From NCBI GenBank assembly GCA_965140595.1, contig OZ223274.1:1806856-1870855 (forward strand): a stretch of 64,000 nucleotides of DNA, read 5' to 3'. The DNA comes from an uncultured Sphaerochaeta sp. (GTDB lineage Bacteria > Spirochaetota > Spirochaetia > Sphaerochaetales > Sphaerochaetaceae). Numbering within the stretch: position 1 is the first letter of the stretch; every line of letters begins with the position of its first letter. Under the pieces are notes generated by a model that saw only the letters and a program-made list of their open reading frames with translations, ran no database searches and was not told the DNA's origin. The translations under genes and the position numbers were made by a program. This document shows, piece by piece, positions 1 through 9,261 of the stretch.

Positions 1-686
1 TCATATTCCAAGACCCATTTGCCTCATTGAACCCCCGAATGACTGTTGCAGAAACTATTGGTGAAAGTTTGCTTATACAAAAGATATTCAAGCGCGGCCA
101 AGAAGCTGATCTGCTTGCGAGAATTTCTAAACTTATGGATTTGGTAGGGCTCTCCCCTCGCCTTATCAACAGCTACCCCCATGAACTTGATGGTGGCAGG
201 AGGCAACGTATCGGCATCGCCCGTGTACTCGCCCTTGATCCTAAGTTTGTGGTGTGTGATGAACCCGTCTCAGCTTTGGATGTCTCCATTCAGGCACAAA
301 TTCTCAACCTGATGCAGGATCTCCAGGAGGAGTTTGGGTTTACCTATCTTTTTATCACCCATGACCTCTCAGTCGTCAAGCATCTTTCAAACGATATCTT
401 GGTGATGTATCTCGGGCAAATGGTGGAAAAAGCTTCCTCTCAGGAGCTATTTGCAAAGCCACTTCATCCCTATACCCAAGCCTTGCTCTCTGCCATTCCT
501 GTCCCTGACCCTGACTACAAAACTGCTCGCCTCCTCTTGCAAGGCGAACTGACCAGCCCCATCGACCCTCTTCCTGGATGCCGTTTTGCCAAGCGCTGCC
601 CTTATGTCAGTGATGCCTGCCTCTCTGGAGACATCCCTCTCAAGGAAGTCAAAAAAGGGCATTTTGTTGCCTGTACCCTTGTGTAA
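1..686 (+). CDS. oppF: Oligopeptide/dipeptide ABC transporter ATP-binding protein (OppF/DppF family), 5' end truncated at the window edge
   Basis: The frame is open from base 3 ([13 protein letters not shown]). It has the ABC signature LSGGQ-like [15 protein letters not shown], Walker B VVCDEP and a C-terminal oligopeptide-ABC 'HPYTQALL' domain. Confidence 0.85.
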   Translation, partial: IFQDPFASLNPRMTVAETIGESLLIQKIFKRGQEADLLARISKLMDLVGLSPRLINSYPHELDGGRRQRIGIARVLALDPKFVVCDEPVSALDVSIQAQILNLMQDLQEEFGFTYLFITHDLSVVKHLSNDILVMYLGQMVEKASSQELFAKPLHPYTQALLSAIPVPDPDYKTARLLLQGELTSPIDPLPGCRFAKRCPYVSDACLSGDIPLKEVKKGHFVACTLV

Positions 687-729
687 TCGTTTGTTCCCGC
701 CCGTAGGGACATCGAAATAGGAGAAAGAA

Positions 730-2259
730 ATGAAAAGAGTTCTGACTGTACTTCTCGCATTGCTCTGCACCACGCTCATGTTTGCCGGAGGAGCAAAAGA
801 AAGCTCATCCCAAGCGGAGACAGGCTTCAAAGACACAATCGTCTTTGGTCAGGGTGCCGATGTCACTTCCTTCGACCCGCATGTGGGAAAAGAGACCCCA
901 GCGGTAGCTGTAACCAACCATATTTTCGACACATTGGTGGACACTGACCCCAAAACTGGGGAAGTCATTCCCCAGATTGCCGAAAGATGGGAACAGCTTT
1001 CCCCAGTTTCCTATCGGTTCTTCATCCGCAAAGGTATTACCTTCCATAATGGTGAAGAGCTCAAGGCTGACGATGTCAAATTCTCTCTTGACCGTGCCAT
1101 CGCAAGCGCTTCTGTCTCGTACATCGTTGATTTCATCAAGGAAGTCAAGATTGAAGACGACTACACAGTTGTTGTAACCACAAAGGCTCCTTATGGTCCC
1201 ACTTTGCGCAACCTTGCAGTCCCCTTTGCCGCAATTGTCCCCAAAGACTATGTGACAGCCAACCCTGATGCCTTGAAAACCAAGCCAGTGGGAAGCGGCC
1301 CTTACAAGTTTGTCTCTTGGGCACAGAGTGACAATGTGAAGCTTGAAGCCTTCGATCAGTATTTTGCGGGAGCCCCAAAGACCAAATATCTGGTGATGAA
1401 GGTTATTCCTGAAGCTGCCCAACGCACCATTGCTCTGGAAACAGGCGAACTGGATATTTCCTATGACATCCTCGTTTCTGATCTGAAACGAGTGACTGCC
1501 AACAAGGACCTCACGTTGTTTGAAGCTCCTTCCTTGACCTGTTTCTATATCTCGTTCAACATGCGCAAGGCTCCTTTCGACAACCAAATGGTTCGTCAGG
1601 CCATCAACATGGCCATCGACCGCCAGTTACTTGTCGATACTGTCAACAGTGGAACAGGTGCTGCTGCCGATGAAATCATCGCCCCAGCAGTATATGGTTA
1701 CTACTCTACCGGTGTGTGGGAATATAACCCAACCAAGGCTAAGGCACTTCTTGCCGAGGCTGGCTATCCTGATGGCTTCTCTTGCACCTTGTGGGTCAAC
1801 AACAACCAGAGCAGAGTTGAGATGTGTCAGGCTATCCAGGAGATGCTCAGAGAAATTGGTATCACCTGTAAGGTAGAGGTCATGGAATTCGGTACTTTCA
1901 TCAGCCGTTCTACCGCCGGGGAACATGACATGGGTTACTTTGGTTGGGTCACCTCCACAAAAGATGCTGACTACACCTATTATTCCTTGGAGCACAGCTC
2001 ACAGCAGGGTGCCCCTGGAAACAGGTCTTTCATCAATGATCCTGAAGTTGACCGCCTCGTTGAACTTGGACGCACTAGTGCAGATACCAAGGTCCGTGAT
2101 GCTGCCTACAAGGATTTGGCAATCAAACTGAAGGAAGTGGCAAACAACGCTCCCATCATCTATACTGCCATCACAGCAGGAGCCAGCAACAAAGTACAGA
2201 ACTTTGTGTTGGATCCAATTGGATATCACAGGCTTGAAGGTGTAACAGTAGCCAAGTAA
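730..2259 (+). CDS. ABC transporter substrate-binding protein, family 5 (peptide/nickel type), lipoprotein
   Basis: 509 aa with a signal peptide and Cys (LLCTTLMFAGG), typical SBP_bac_5 length and motifs. It lies directly downstream of oppF-like. Confidence 0.8.
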   Translation: MKRVLTVLLALLCTTLMFAGGAKESSSQAETGFKDTIVFGQGADVTSFDPHVGKETPAVAVTNHIFDTLVDTDPKTGEVIPQIAERWEQLSPVSYRFFIRKGITFHNGEELKADDVKFSLDRAIASASVSYIVDFIKEVKIEDDYTVVVTTKAPYGPTLRNLAVPFAAIVPKDYVTANPDALKTKPVGSGPYKFVSWAQSDNVKLEAFDQYFAGAPKTKYLVMKVIPEAAQRTIALETGELDISYDILVSDLKRVTANKDLTLFEAPSLTCFYISFNMRKAPFDNQMVRQAINMAIDRQLLVDTVNSGTGAAADEIIAPAVYGYYSTGVWEYNPTKAKALLAEAGYPDGFSCTLWVNNNQSRVEMCQAIQEMLREIGITCKVEVMEFGTFISRSTAGEHDMGYFGWVTSTKDADYTYYSLEHSSQQGAPGNRSFINDPEVDRLVELGRTSADTKVRDAAYKDLAIKLKEVANNAPIIYTAITAGASNKVQNFVLDPIGYHRLEGVTVAK

Positions 2260-2287
2260 GGCTTCTGGTTTCCACAAGACCAAAACA

Positions 2288-2320
2288 GGCAAAGAGCTGG
2301 ATCTCTCCGGCTCTTTGCCA
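2288..2320 (+). terminator. Hairpin (GGCAAAGAGC...GCTCTTTGCC, 10-bp stem) between the SBP and creatininase genes; possible attenuator or weak terminator
   Basis: A perfect inverted repeat was seen in the sequence. The T-tract after it is weak. Confidence 0.3.
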
Positions 2321-2337
2321 TCCATAGGAGAATAACC

Positions 2338-3099
2338 ATGTATTTGGCCCAGATAACATGGCCCAGAGCAGAGGCATACTTTAAGGAATCTGATATGGTA
2401 ATCATTCCAATAGGTAGCACTGAATGTCATGGAAGGCATATGCCTTTGGGAACTGATACGATGATTCCTGAAAAGATACTTCAACTTGTTGAAGAACTGA
2501 ACGATCGCATTATGATAGCTCCAACCATACCTTATGGTGCTTGTGAAAGCCTTTGGCCTTTCCCTGGTACCATCAACCTGGGAGGGGATCTACTATATCA
2601 AGTAGTAAAAAAAGTTGTAGAAAACCTTCGTTTTCATGGTGCAAGAAAGTTTATACTTCTCAATGGCCATGGAGGAAACATCAAAGCCCTGGAACGAATC
2701 GGCTATGAACTGGACAGTGATGGGTGCATGATGATCCTACTCAACTGGTGGCAAAATGTATGGGAGATGAATCCCCTTTGGAAGGGAGGTCATGGTGGTG
2801 GCGAAGAGACTGCTGCAGTCATGGCTATCGACGCTGACCTTATTGATACAAATGAGATTGACCACCCTTTAATTTTAAAAAATGTGAGTGATGCCTTCAA
2901 AGCCTCCGGTTTCAATACCGTGAAGTTCAAGGATGTTACCATAACCATACCCAGGCTTACCAACCATGTCACAGATAATGGCTGGATCGGGCCCGACCAC
3001 CCCAAACATGCCACAACTGAATGGGGTAAAGAGATGCTGGACTCTATGGCGGCTTATGTAGTCGCTTGTATTGAAGAATTTGAAAAGGTAGTGCTGTAA
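2338..3099 (+). CDS. Creatininase-family amidohydrolase
   Basis: 253 aa with the N-terminal IPIGSTECHG.HMPLGTD motif characteristic of the creatinine amidohydrolase family. The RBS is GGAGAATAACC ATG. Confidence 0.75.
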   Translation: MYLAQITWPRAEAYFKESDMVIIPIGSTECHGRHMPLGTDTMIPEKILQLVEELNDRIMIAPTIPYGACESLWPFPGTINLGGDLLYQVVKKVVENLRFHGARKFILLNGHGGNIKALERIGYELDSDGCMMILLNWWQNVWEMNPLWKGGHGGGEETAAVMAIDADLIDTNEIDHPLILKNVSDAFKASGFNTVKFKDVTITIPRLTNHVTDNGWIGPDHPKHATTEWGKEMLDSMAAYVVACIEEFEKVVL

Positions 3100-4176
3100 A
3101 TGAATACACAACGTACAATCGGTTATATTAAGAGAATCAGTGATGCCAATGGCATAAGCGGCTTTGAGGATGAGGTCCTCACTGTCCTTCGAGAAGAAGG
3201 CAAGGATTTGGGCGAATTTGCTGAGGACAGCATGCGCAACTTATACCTGTACAGGGAAGGAAACCAGGAAGGTCAGTGCACAGTCCAACTCAATGCCCAT
3301 ACCGATGAGGTTGGTTTCATGGTAAAGGCCATCCGCCCTGACGGAATGCTTGAATTCATCACAATTGGAGGTTGGATTCCCTCAAACGTTCCAGCCCATC
3401 TGGTCAGGATCAAGAACCAGGAGGGTGAGTACATCTCCGGTGTTGTAGCTAGCAAACCCCCTCATTTTATGAGTGAGACCGAAAAAAAGGCTTCCTTGGA
3501 GATTACCAGCCTAGTCATCGACATTGGGGCAAGAAGTGCTGATGAAGTTCGTGATAGCTACAAGGTCGGCATAGCTGCCCCGGTAGTGCCTGAGGTCACC
3601 TGTACCTATGATGAGAAGCATGACATCCTGGTTGGGAAGGCTTTTGATTGCCGTATCGGATGCGCCTCACTTCTTGCTACCTTGGAAGAACTGAAAGACC
3701 AATCATTGGGTGTAAATCTTGTGGGTGACTTCTCCAGCCAAGAAGAGGTCGGTACCCGAGGCTCAATTGTCAGTACCAACACCATTAAGGCAGATATTGC
3801 AATCGTCTTTGAAGGTTGTCCTGCTGATGACACAGTAGTCCCCGACTATCAGGCTCAGACTTGCATAAAGAAAGGCCCTATGCTTCGCCATATCGATGCT
3901 AGGATGATCACCAATCCTCGGTTCCAACGCTTCGCTTTGGACCTTGCCAAAAAGCATGGTATTCCCGTACAAGAAGCTGTAAGAAGTGCTGGTGCTACCA
4001 ATGGGGCTCCCATTCACCTTTCCAATGCAGGAGTTCCATCCATCGTTATCGGAGTTCCAGTACGGTATGCACACACCCATTATGGTATCTGCACCTACAG
4101 CGATGTCCAGAATAGTGTCAGGCTCGCCGTAGAAATCATCAAAAGCTTGAATGAAACAATAATTCGGAGTTTCTGA
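3100..4176 (+). CDS. M42 family metallopeptidase (glutamyl aminopeptidase/FrvX-like)
   Basis: 358 aa with GISGFEDEV at the N-terminus and an M42 fold pattern. The start abuts the creatininase stop. Confidence 0.75.
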   Translation: MNTQRTIGYIKRISDANGISGFEDEVLTVLREEGKDLGEFAEDSMRNLYLYREGNQEGQCTVQLNAHTDEVGFMVKAIRPDGMLEFITIGGWIPSNVPAHLVRIKNQEGEYISGVVASKPPHFMSETEKKASLEITSLVIDIGARSADEVRDSYKVGIAAPVVPEVTCTYDEKHDILVGKAFDCRIGCASLLATLEELKDQSLGVNLVGDFSSQEEVGTRGSIVSTNTIKADIAIVFEGCPADDTVVPDYQAQTCIKKGPMLRHIDARMITNPRFQRFALDLAKKHGIPVQEAVRSAGATNGAPIHLSNAGVPSIVIGVPVRYAHTHYGICTYSDVQNSVRLAVEIIKSLNETIIRSF

Positions 4177-4177
4177 T

Positions 4178-5239
4178 ATGCAGTATAGGATCGGTGGCAT
4201 GTTTGCCCTTGAACCACAGGCAAAAGGAGAACCATTCTTTCTCCAAAACATTGGGACTGACCTCAGGCACTATATGTCCGGTCGTTGTGCCCTCTATGGC
4301 TGCCTCAAGGAAATACGTGCCTCTGATACCAAACACAAAGCCTATGTACCCGCATATACTTGTGAGACTGTCCTCTCGAGCTATGAGAAAGCGGGATATG
4401 ACCTCTCTTTCTATGATGTGGACAGAGAAAGGCTTACCCCTTTGTTCAAGGAGGAAGATCTGCAAGATGTATCGGTGCTGGGATTGTGTGGATATTATGG
4501 ATTCAGCTCCTATGACAAAACTTTTGTACGCTATGCAAAGGAACAGGGAATAACAATCCTACAAGACACAACTCACAGCATGTTTTCTCTCGATGGGCAC
4601 TGCCCTGATGCTGATTACTATGCAGGGAGTGCCCGGAAGTGGATGGGAATAGCTTCAGGTGGAGTTGCCATCAAGCGAGAGGGCAAGTTTGCCTTTCCAA
4701 TGATCCCTCCGGAAGAGATCCATCTGAAGGGACGCTACCTTGCCATGGAATACAGAGAAAAAGCACTGCATACAGATGACGGCTACAATGACGACAAAGC
4801 CTATGAGGTGTTCTGGGAAACAGAGTTGCGCCTACGCCAGATGTTTGATACCTTTCAAGCAGATACTGGATCAGAGGAAATACTCTCACACTACAACCCT
4901 ACCCCTCTCGTCACAAAGAGGAGAGCCAATTATCAGATTGTAGTGGACAATCTACAGGAGTCTGAACTGTGCAAAGCTGTCTTTCCTGTTTTGGATGATA
5001 AAAGCTGTCCAAGCCATTTCTGTTTCTACAGCACCAACAGAGACCAAACACAAAAGCAACTCGAGCATATGGGTATCCGAAGTACAGTATATTGGCCACT
5101 ACCTCCTATGCTGAAAAATCCTACAGAGTTCCCTCATAGCACATGGATCTACGACCACATTGCCAGTGTTCAGATAGACCAGCGCTATGATGAGAGGGCT
5201 ATGGAATATCTGGGAAAATCACTTTCACATCTTCGTTGA
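4178..5239 (+). CDS. PLP-dependent aminotransferase-fold protein (DegT/DnrJ/EryC1-like), function unknown
   Basis: 353 aa with a pattern of S..K......GG (GSARKWMGIASGG) resembling the DegT-family PLP lysine region. Similarity is weak. Confidence 0.4.
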   Translation: MQYRIGGMFALEPQAKGEPFFLQNIGTDLRHYMSGRCALYGCLKEIRASDTKHKAYVPAYTCETVLSSYEKAGYDLSFYDVDRERLTPLFKEEDLQDVSVLGLCGYYGFSSYDKTFVRYAKEQGITILQDTTHSMFSLDGHCPDADYYAGSARKWMGIASGGVAIKREGKFAFPMIPPEEIHLKGRYLAMEYREKALHTDDGYNDDKAYEVFWETELRLRQMFDTFQADTGSEEILSHYNPTPLVTKRRANYQIVVDNLQESELCKAVFPVLDDKSCPSHFCFYSTNRDQTQKQLEHMGIRSTVYWPLPPMLKNPTEFPHSTWIYDHIASVQIDQRYDERAMEYLGKSLSHLR

Positions 5240-5387
5240 TACCATACCACTGCAAGGAAAATCCTATTCAGGTAGAGAGACACTCCCAAGAATATGTTCT
5301 TTCTTGGTTTATCCTCCGATTCGCTTGACAAAGATGCAACAGAAGCGAACTATATAGATATCTAAGCACTGTCCCTACAAGGATATC

Positions 5388-6365
5388 ATGTATACAAATC
5401 ACACCATCATCGTCCTACACAACCAGATCCAAAGCACCAGTCCAGAGGATGTTCTCGATATAGAGAGACAAGCCAAATGGATAGAAGAAATCCTCCAGAA
5501 ACAGGGATACAAAACCCTTCTGGTCCCATTTTCCCTTGAGGCTCTCTCGATGCTTGCAACAATGAACAGTGATACACAAATCATCGTTTTCAACCTAGTG
5601 GACTCAGAGCCAGGAAAAGAAAACCTTGCCTATCTGGTCCCAGGCTTGCTTGAACATATGCATCTGCCATATACAGGGTGTACCTTACAAAATCTTTATG
5701 TGACTACCAACAAGATGCTTGCCAAGCGAGTACTCAAGGCAGCAGGGATCGAAACACCGCCTTGGGTCTACAGAGACGAGACGGAACCACTAAACAACAG
5801 TTCCCTCAGGCGTTACATCATAAAACCTATATCTGAAGACGCTTCCATAGGTTTGAATGATAGCTCCATAGTCGGTGCAGAGAATGTTATGGTAGCATTG
5901 AAAGCCAAGGAAGAGGCCCTACTCACCCCTTGCTTCGCAGAGGCCTTCATTGAGGGACGGGAGTTTACTGCCTGTATGTATGGAACAACCCAGGAGTGTA
6001 CGGTTCTTACCCCTTACGAATGGGTATTCCAAGGCTATGAGGAGCATCAGAAGGAGAAGATAATCACCTATGATGCAAAATGGACTGAAAATTCATTTGG
6101 CTATGAGCACATAGTGGCAAAATACCATGCAGACACATGTGACCAGCCACTGCTGGAAAAACTAACGGCAATTGCCCTCCAATGTTGGAAAGCCTTCTCT
6201 CTTACTGGCTATGCCCGTGTAGATTTTCGAATCGATGAAAAGGGAAAGCCCTGGGTGTTGGAAGTAAACGGCAACCCCAGTTTCTATGGCTTCTATCACC
6301 TGGCTCTGGAGGGTGAGTTTACCTTTGGGGGCCTTGTTCAAGATATTGTGGAGCAGGCGCTCTAG
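5388..6365 (+). CDS. ATP-grasp ligase, D-Ala-D-Ala ligase-like (paralog of 7321..8274)
   Basis: 325 aa with motifs IIKP.SEDAS.G, FIEGREF, GYARVDFR and LEVNGNP typical of the Ddl-like ATP-grasp fold. Confidence 0.75.
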   Translation: MYTNHTIIVLHNQIQSTSPEDVLDIERQAKWIEEILQKQGYKTLLVPFSLEALSMLATMNSDTQIIVFNLVDSEPGKENLAYLVPGLLEHMHLPYTGCTLQNLYVTTNKMLAKRVLKAAGIETPPWVYRDETEPLNNSSLRRYIIKPISEDASIGLNDSSIVGAENVMVALKAKEEALLTPCFAEAFIEGREFTACMYGTTQECTVLTPYEWVFQGYEEHQKEKIITYDAKWTENSFGYEHIVAKYHADTCDQPLLEKLTAIALQCWKAFSLTGYARVDFRIDEKGKPWVLEVNGNPSFYGFYHLALEGEFTFGGLVQDIVEQAL

Positions 6366-6824
6366 TCAGAGGTATTTATCTACCCAGACCAACGACTCCA
6401 ATTCAAAGCCCATGTCTCGATAGAGAGCTTGGGCTTTTGCATTTGTTGGATGGGTCACCATAGCAAGATAGGAGACCCCCTGCTTCTCTGTCCACATCTG
6501 GACATACCCCAAAAGTTCTGAGCCAAGCCCTTGGTTTCTACACTCCTTCGAAACAAACAGCTCATTCAACCAAAAGTAGTCCCCTTTTGTCTCCAAGCCA
6601 CAACAGATGTTCCCATAGGCAAACCCAATGGCAGTTTCATCCTCCTCATAGGCGACAAAAAAAGCTGCCCTACTCTCCACTTTCATGGAATTTAGTATTT
6701 CTGAGGCTACCTCAATCCTACTTTGGTGATAGCCAATGAAGGACATCTGTTGCTGAACTAGGGTTATCACCCTCTCAAAATCCAGGATATGTTCGTCATG
6801 GTAATAAGCAATGATATTGGACAT
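6366..6824 (-). CDS. GNAT family N-acetyltransferase
   Basis: 152 aa with the acetyl-CoA-binding motif region (R.QGLGSELL). The stop codon abuts the convergent gene stop (6363-6368). Confidence 0.75.
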   Translation of the reverse strand: MSNIIAYYHDEHILDFERVITLVQQQMSFIGYHQSRIEVASEILNSMKVESRAAFFVAYEEDETAIGFAYGNICCGLETKGDYFWLNELFVSKECRNQGLGSELLGYVQMWTEKQGVSYLAMVTHPTNAKAQALYRDMGFELESLVWVDKYL

Positions 6825-6833
6825 ATTCTCTTC

Positions 6834-7316
6834 CTACCAAGCCTTCACATAGATGAGCTTGTTGTCGTTGGGGGCATAGTAAGACTCTAGTTCTGCCTCC
6901 AGATGATACCCGTTGCGTTCATAAAAGGATCTTGTCGGCACATACAGGTCACTGGAGGACGTCTCAATATAGATTCGCGTTCCTCCACGCCTCTCTATTT
7001 CCTGTTCCGTCTGTTTGAGGAGCACTGTCCCTAACCCCTGTCCACGATAGGTGGTATCGACTGCTATCCAATACAGATCGTAGCTGTTCCTTGTTCCAGG
7101 GATAGGACCAAAACAGGTGTAGCCTCTGACTGAGGATTCATGCATTGCAAACTGGAAGAAGTAGTCGCAGCCTTCCCCTTGCTCAAGGCGCTCACGTACG
7201 AGCGACACCCCTACCTCCTGCTCTTCGGCATTGAAAAATCCTGAAGTGCAAAGTATTGAAGCGATGCTCTCAATATCGGAAGCAACAGGTTGCTCTCTAA
7301 AGGTATAGGTTTCCAT
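6834..7316 (-). CDS. GNAT family N-acetyltransferase
   Basis: 160 aa with the motif RGQGLGTVLL. It lies in the operon with kamA. Confidence 0.75.
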   Translation of the reverse strand: METYTFREQPVASDIESIASILCTSGFFNAEEQEVGVSLVRERLEQGEGCDYFFQFAMHESSVRGYTCFGPIPGTRNSYDLYWIAVDTTYRGQGLGTVLLKQTEQEIERRGGTRIYIETSSSDLYVPTRSFYERNGYHLEAELESYYAPNDNKLIYVKAW

Positions 7317-7320
7317 AAGG

Positions 7321-8274
7321 TTACCCTTTGATGATCAAGGCGATCATCTGCTCATATGTAAGACCCAATCGTTGGGTTGCTGCAACAAAGCCACTGTCCT
7401 GAGCAATACAAGGATTCAGATTCACTTCGAGAATGTAGGGTTCATCCAACTCAGTTACGCGAAAATCTACCCTTGCATAGCCTTTCCCCCCGAAAAGCAG
7501 GAAGGCCTTACGGCTCAACTCTTGCAGTGTCTTAAGCAAGGGCTCATCATCTAGGCACAAGGAGAATGTGCGTTGGGTATGGATATACTCGAAAGAGGAT
7601 TCCTCCCACTTCGCTTCATAACCAACGATAGCCGGTTTATCTGAGGGATAATCTATAAAAAGCATTTCAGCGGGGTCAAAGACTATCGTTTCTCCATCAA
7701 CAGTAAGGAGGGAAACACTAAATTCCCGCCCTTGTATGAAGGTCTCTGCAAAGAGAGAACCTCCTACAAGGGCCTTTGCAAGGGAATCCTCATCATGAAA
7801 AGTTTGGACTGAAGCATCGGTAATACCCACCGAAGCTTCTTCAGCCACTGGCTTGATGATAAGGGGATGATCTAAGAAATCAGAAAGGCCCCCATTACTT
7901 GAAGCTTCAAGCCACGGAGGCGTCGGAAGCCCTTCCTTGGACATAAGATGTTTGGCAAAAAGCTTGTCTGAAGAGGACATCAGAGCATGGCTACCTCCAC
8001 CGGTAAACCTGATACCCATTGTTTCAAACAGAGCAGGGGCAAGATGGAGGAGACGACACCCCTCCAAGGTCTCCACAAGGTTGAACATGAGATCAGGTTT
8101 GGATGCAAGGATTCTCTTTCTCATCCTCTCTAGGTTCAGGGAGAAATCCAGATGAAGCACCTCATGACCTAAGGCCTTGAGGGCTTTACGTACTTGCTTT
8201 ACTTCCAATGCAGTGTCCAGTTCGTCTTTGCTAGGTTTTTTGGAAAGTTTGTCCGATACAATCAGGATACGCAT
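7321..8274 (-). CDS. ATP-grasp ligase, D-Ala-D-Ala ligase-like
   Basis: 317 aa with motifs IIKPVAEEASVG, FIQGREF, GYARVDFR and LEVNLNP. It is a paralog of 5388..6365. Confidence 0.75.
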   Translation of the reverse strand: MRILIVSDKLSKKPSKDELDTALEVKQVRKALKALGHEVLHLDFSLNLERMRKRILASKPDLMFNLVETLEGCRLLHLAPALFETMGIRFTGGGSHALMSSSDKLFAKHLMSKEGLPTPPWLEASSNGGLSDFLDHPLIIKPVAEEASVGITDASVQTFHDEDSLAKALVGGSLFAETFIQGREFSVSLLTVDGETIVFDPAEMLFIDYPSDKPAIVGYEAKWEESSFEYIHTQRTFSLCLDDEPLLKTLQELSRKAFLLFGGKGYARVDFRVTELDEPYILEVNLNPCIAQDSGFVAATQRLGLTYEQMIALIIKG

Positions 8275-9260
8275 TGGCTCTTCATCTCCCCTGCTCGAAG
8301 GAGGGCAGAATCCATTATCCGCGTTATCAGCTCATGATAGCTTATACCTGACTTCCTACAGAGGATAGGGAGATCAGAATCAACAGGATTCAAACCGGCA
8401 AGGGGATTCACTTCCAAGAAGTTCACCCTACCCTGGCCATCCATCTTCACATCGACTCGTCCACCATCACGACACCCAAGGGCATTCCAAGCTCCCAGGG
8501 CAACCTTTTCGCATTCATACGCCACTTCTCCTTCAACAAGATGATACGTAGCAAACTCCAGATACTCCTGCTTGGTCTTGTAGGAGTAAACGCCCAAGTC
8601 ACAAGCGGGGTCTACAATGATTTCCATCACCCCTGTTGTCCTTGCGTTTTCTCTTGTCCCTGTTATCCCGACAGTAAATTCCCGTCCTTCAAGATAGGTC
8701 TCTACCAGAACAGGTTGCCTGAACTCTTCGAGAAGGAGTTTCGAAACATGAGAGAGGGCTAGCGTATCCCTGACAATCGAATTGGCACTGATACCCATCC
8801 CTGTCCCACCACCTACGGGCTTGAGAAACAAGGGGAATGGAAGGTTAACTCCTACCACTTCTCCCTCGTCATGGATCACATAATAGTCAGGGGTAGGCAC
8901 GCCCTGCTCCCTGACTACAGCCTTGGTTATCCCCTTATGCAAAGTGAGAGCCAGAATTTGGGCGTCAGAGAACACATAGGGAATTTCATAGGCATCAAGG
9001 AGGGCTGGGATCTGCGCTTCACGACACAAACCATGTAACCCCTCTGCAATGTTGAAGACAAGGTCGCAACGATTGCCCTGGGCAAGATAAGAAACCAGTG
9101 CCTTGATATTACCAATGCGGATAGTCTCATAGCCAAGCAGCCTGAGAGAATCGTCAATGGCATCAATTGTTACAAGGTTGTCAAATTCAGCGACTGCCTC
9201 ATGTGGGTATCCCGCCGCGAGGTAGTCGTCTTTGAGGTCATAGGTCATTCCAATTAGCAT
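8262..9260 (-). CDS. ATP-grasp ligase, D-alanine-D-alanine ligase family
   Basis: The start is at ATG 9260 (MLIGMTYDL), immediately after the kamA stop at 9262-9264. It has Ddl-like motifs (LFLKPVGGGTGMG, ETYLEGREFTVG, FLEVNPL). Confidence 0.75.
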   Translation of the reverse strand: MLIGMTYDLKDDYLAAGYPHEAVAEFDNLVTIDAIDDSLRLLGYETIRIGNIKALVSYLAQGNRCDLVFNIAEGLHGLCREAQIPALLDAYEIPYVFSDAQILALTLHKGITKAVVREQGVPTPDYYVIHDEGEVVGVNLPFPLFLKPVGGGTGMGISANSIVRDTLALSHVSKLLLEEFRQPVLVETYLEGREFTVGITGTRENARTTGVMEIIVDPACDLGVYSYKTKQEYLEFATYHLVEGEVAYECEKVALGAWNALGCRDGGRVDVKMDGQGRVNFLEVNPLAGLNPVDSDLPILCRKSGISYHELITRIMDSALLRAGEMKSQCVS

Positions 9261-9261
9261 G

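Noticed and set aside
805-1587. A 260-aa minus-strand ORF inside the SBP gene, and many similar antisense or out-of-frame ORFs. Examples: 1999..2484-, 3763..4251-, 17037..17431+, 20557..20964-, 21324..21746-, 25523..25993+, 34723..35316-, 43643..44020-, 44564..44953-, 50055..50408-, 50743..51438+, 56013..56426+.
   Set aside because: These are shadow ORFs fully embedded in well-supported genes on the opposite strand or in another frame, with no independent signals.
5240-5387. A sigma70 promoter for the ATP-grasp gene (TTGACA...TATATA).
   Set aside because: The spacer is about 20 nt by my count, longer than the canonical 16-18. It is kept only as a possibility.
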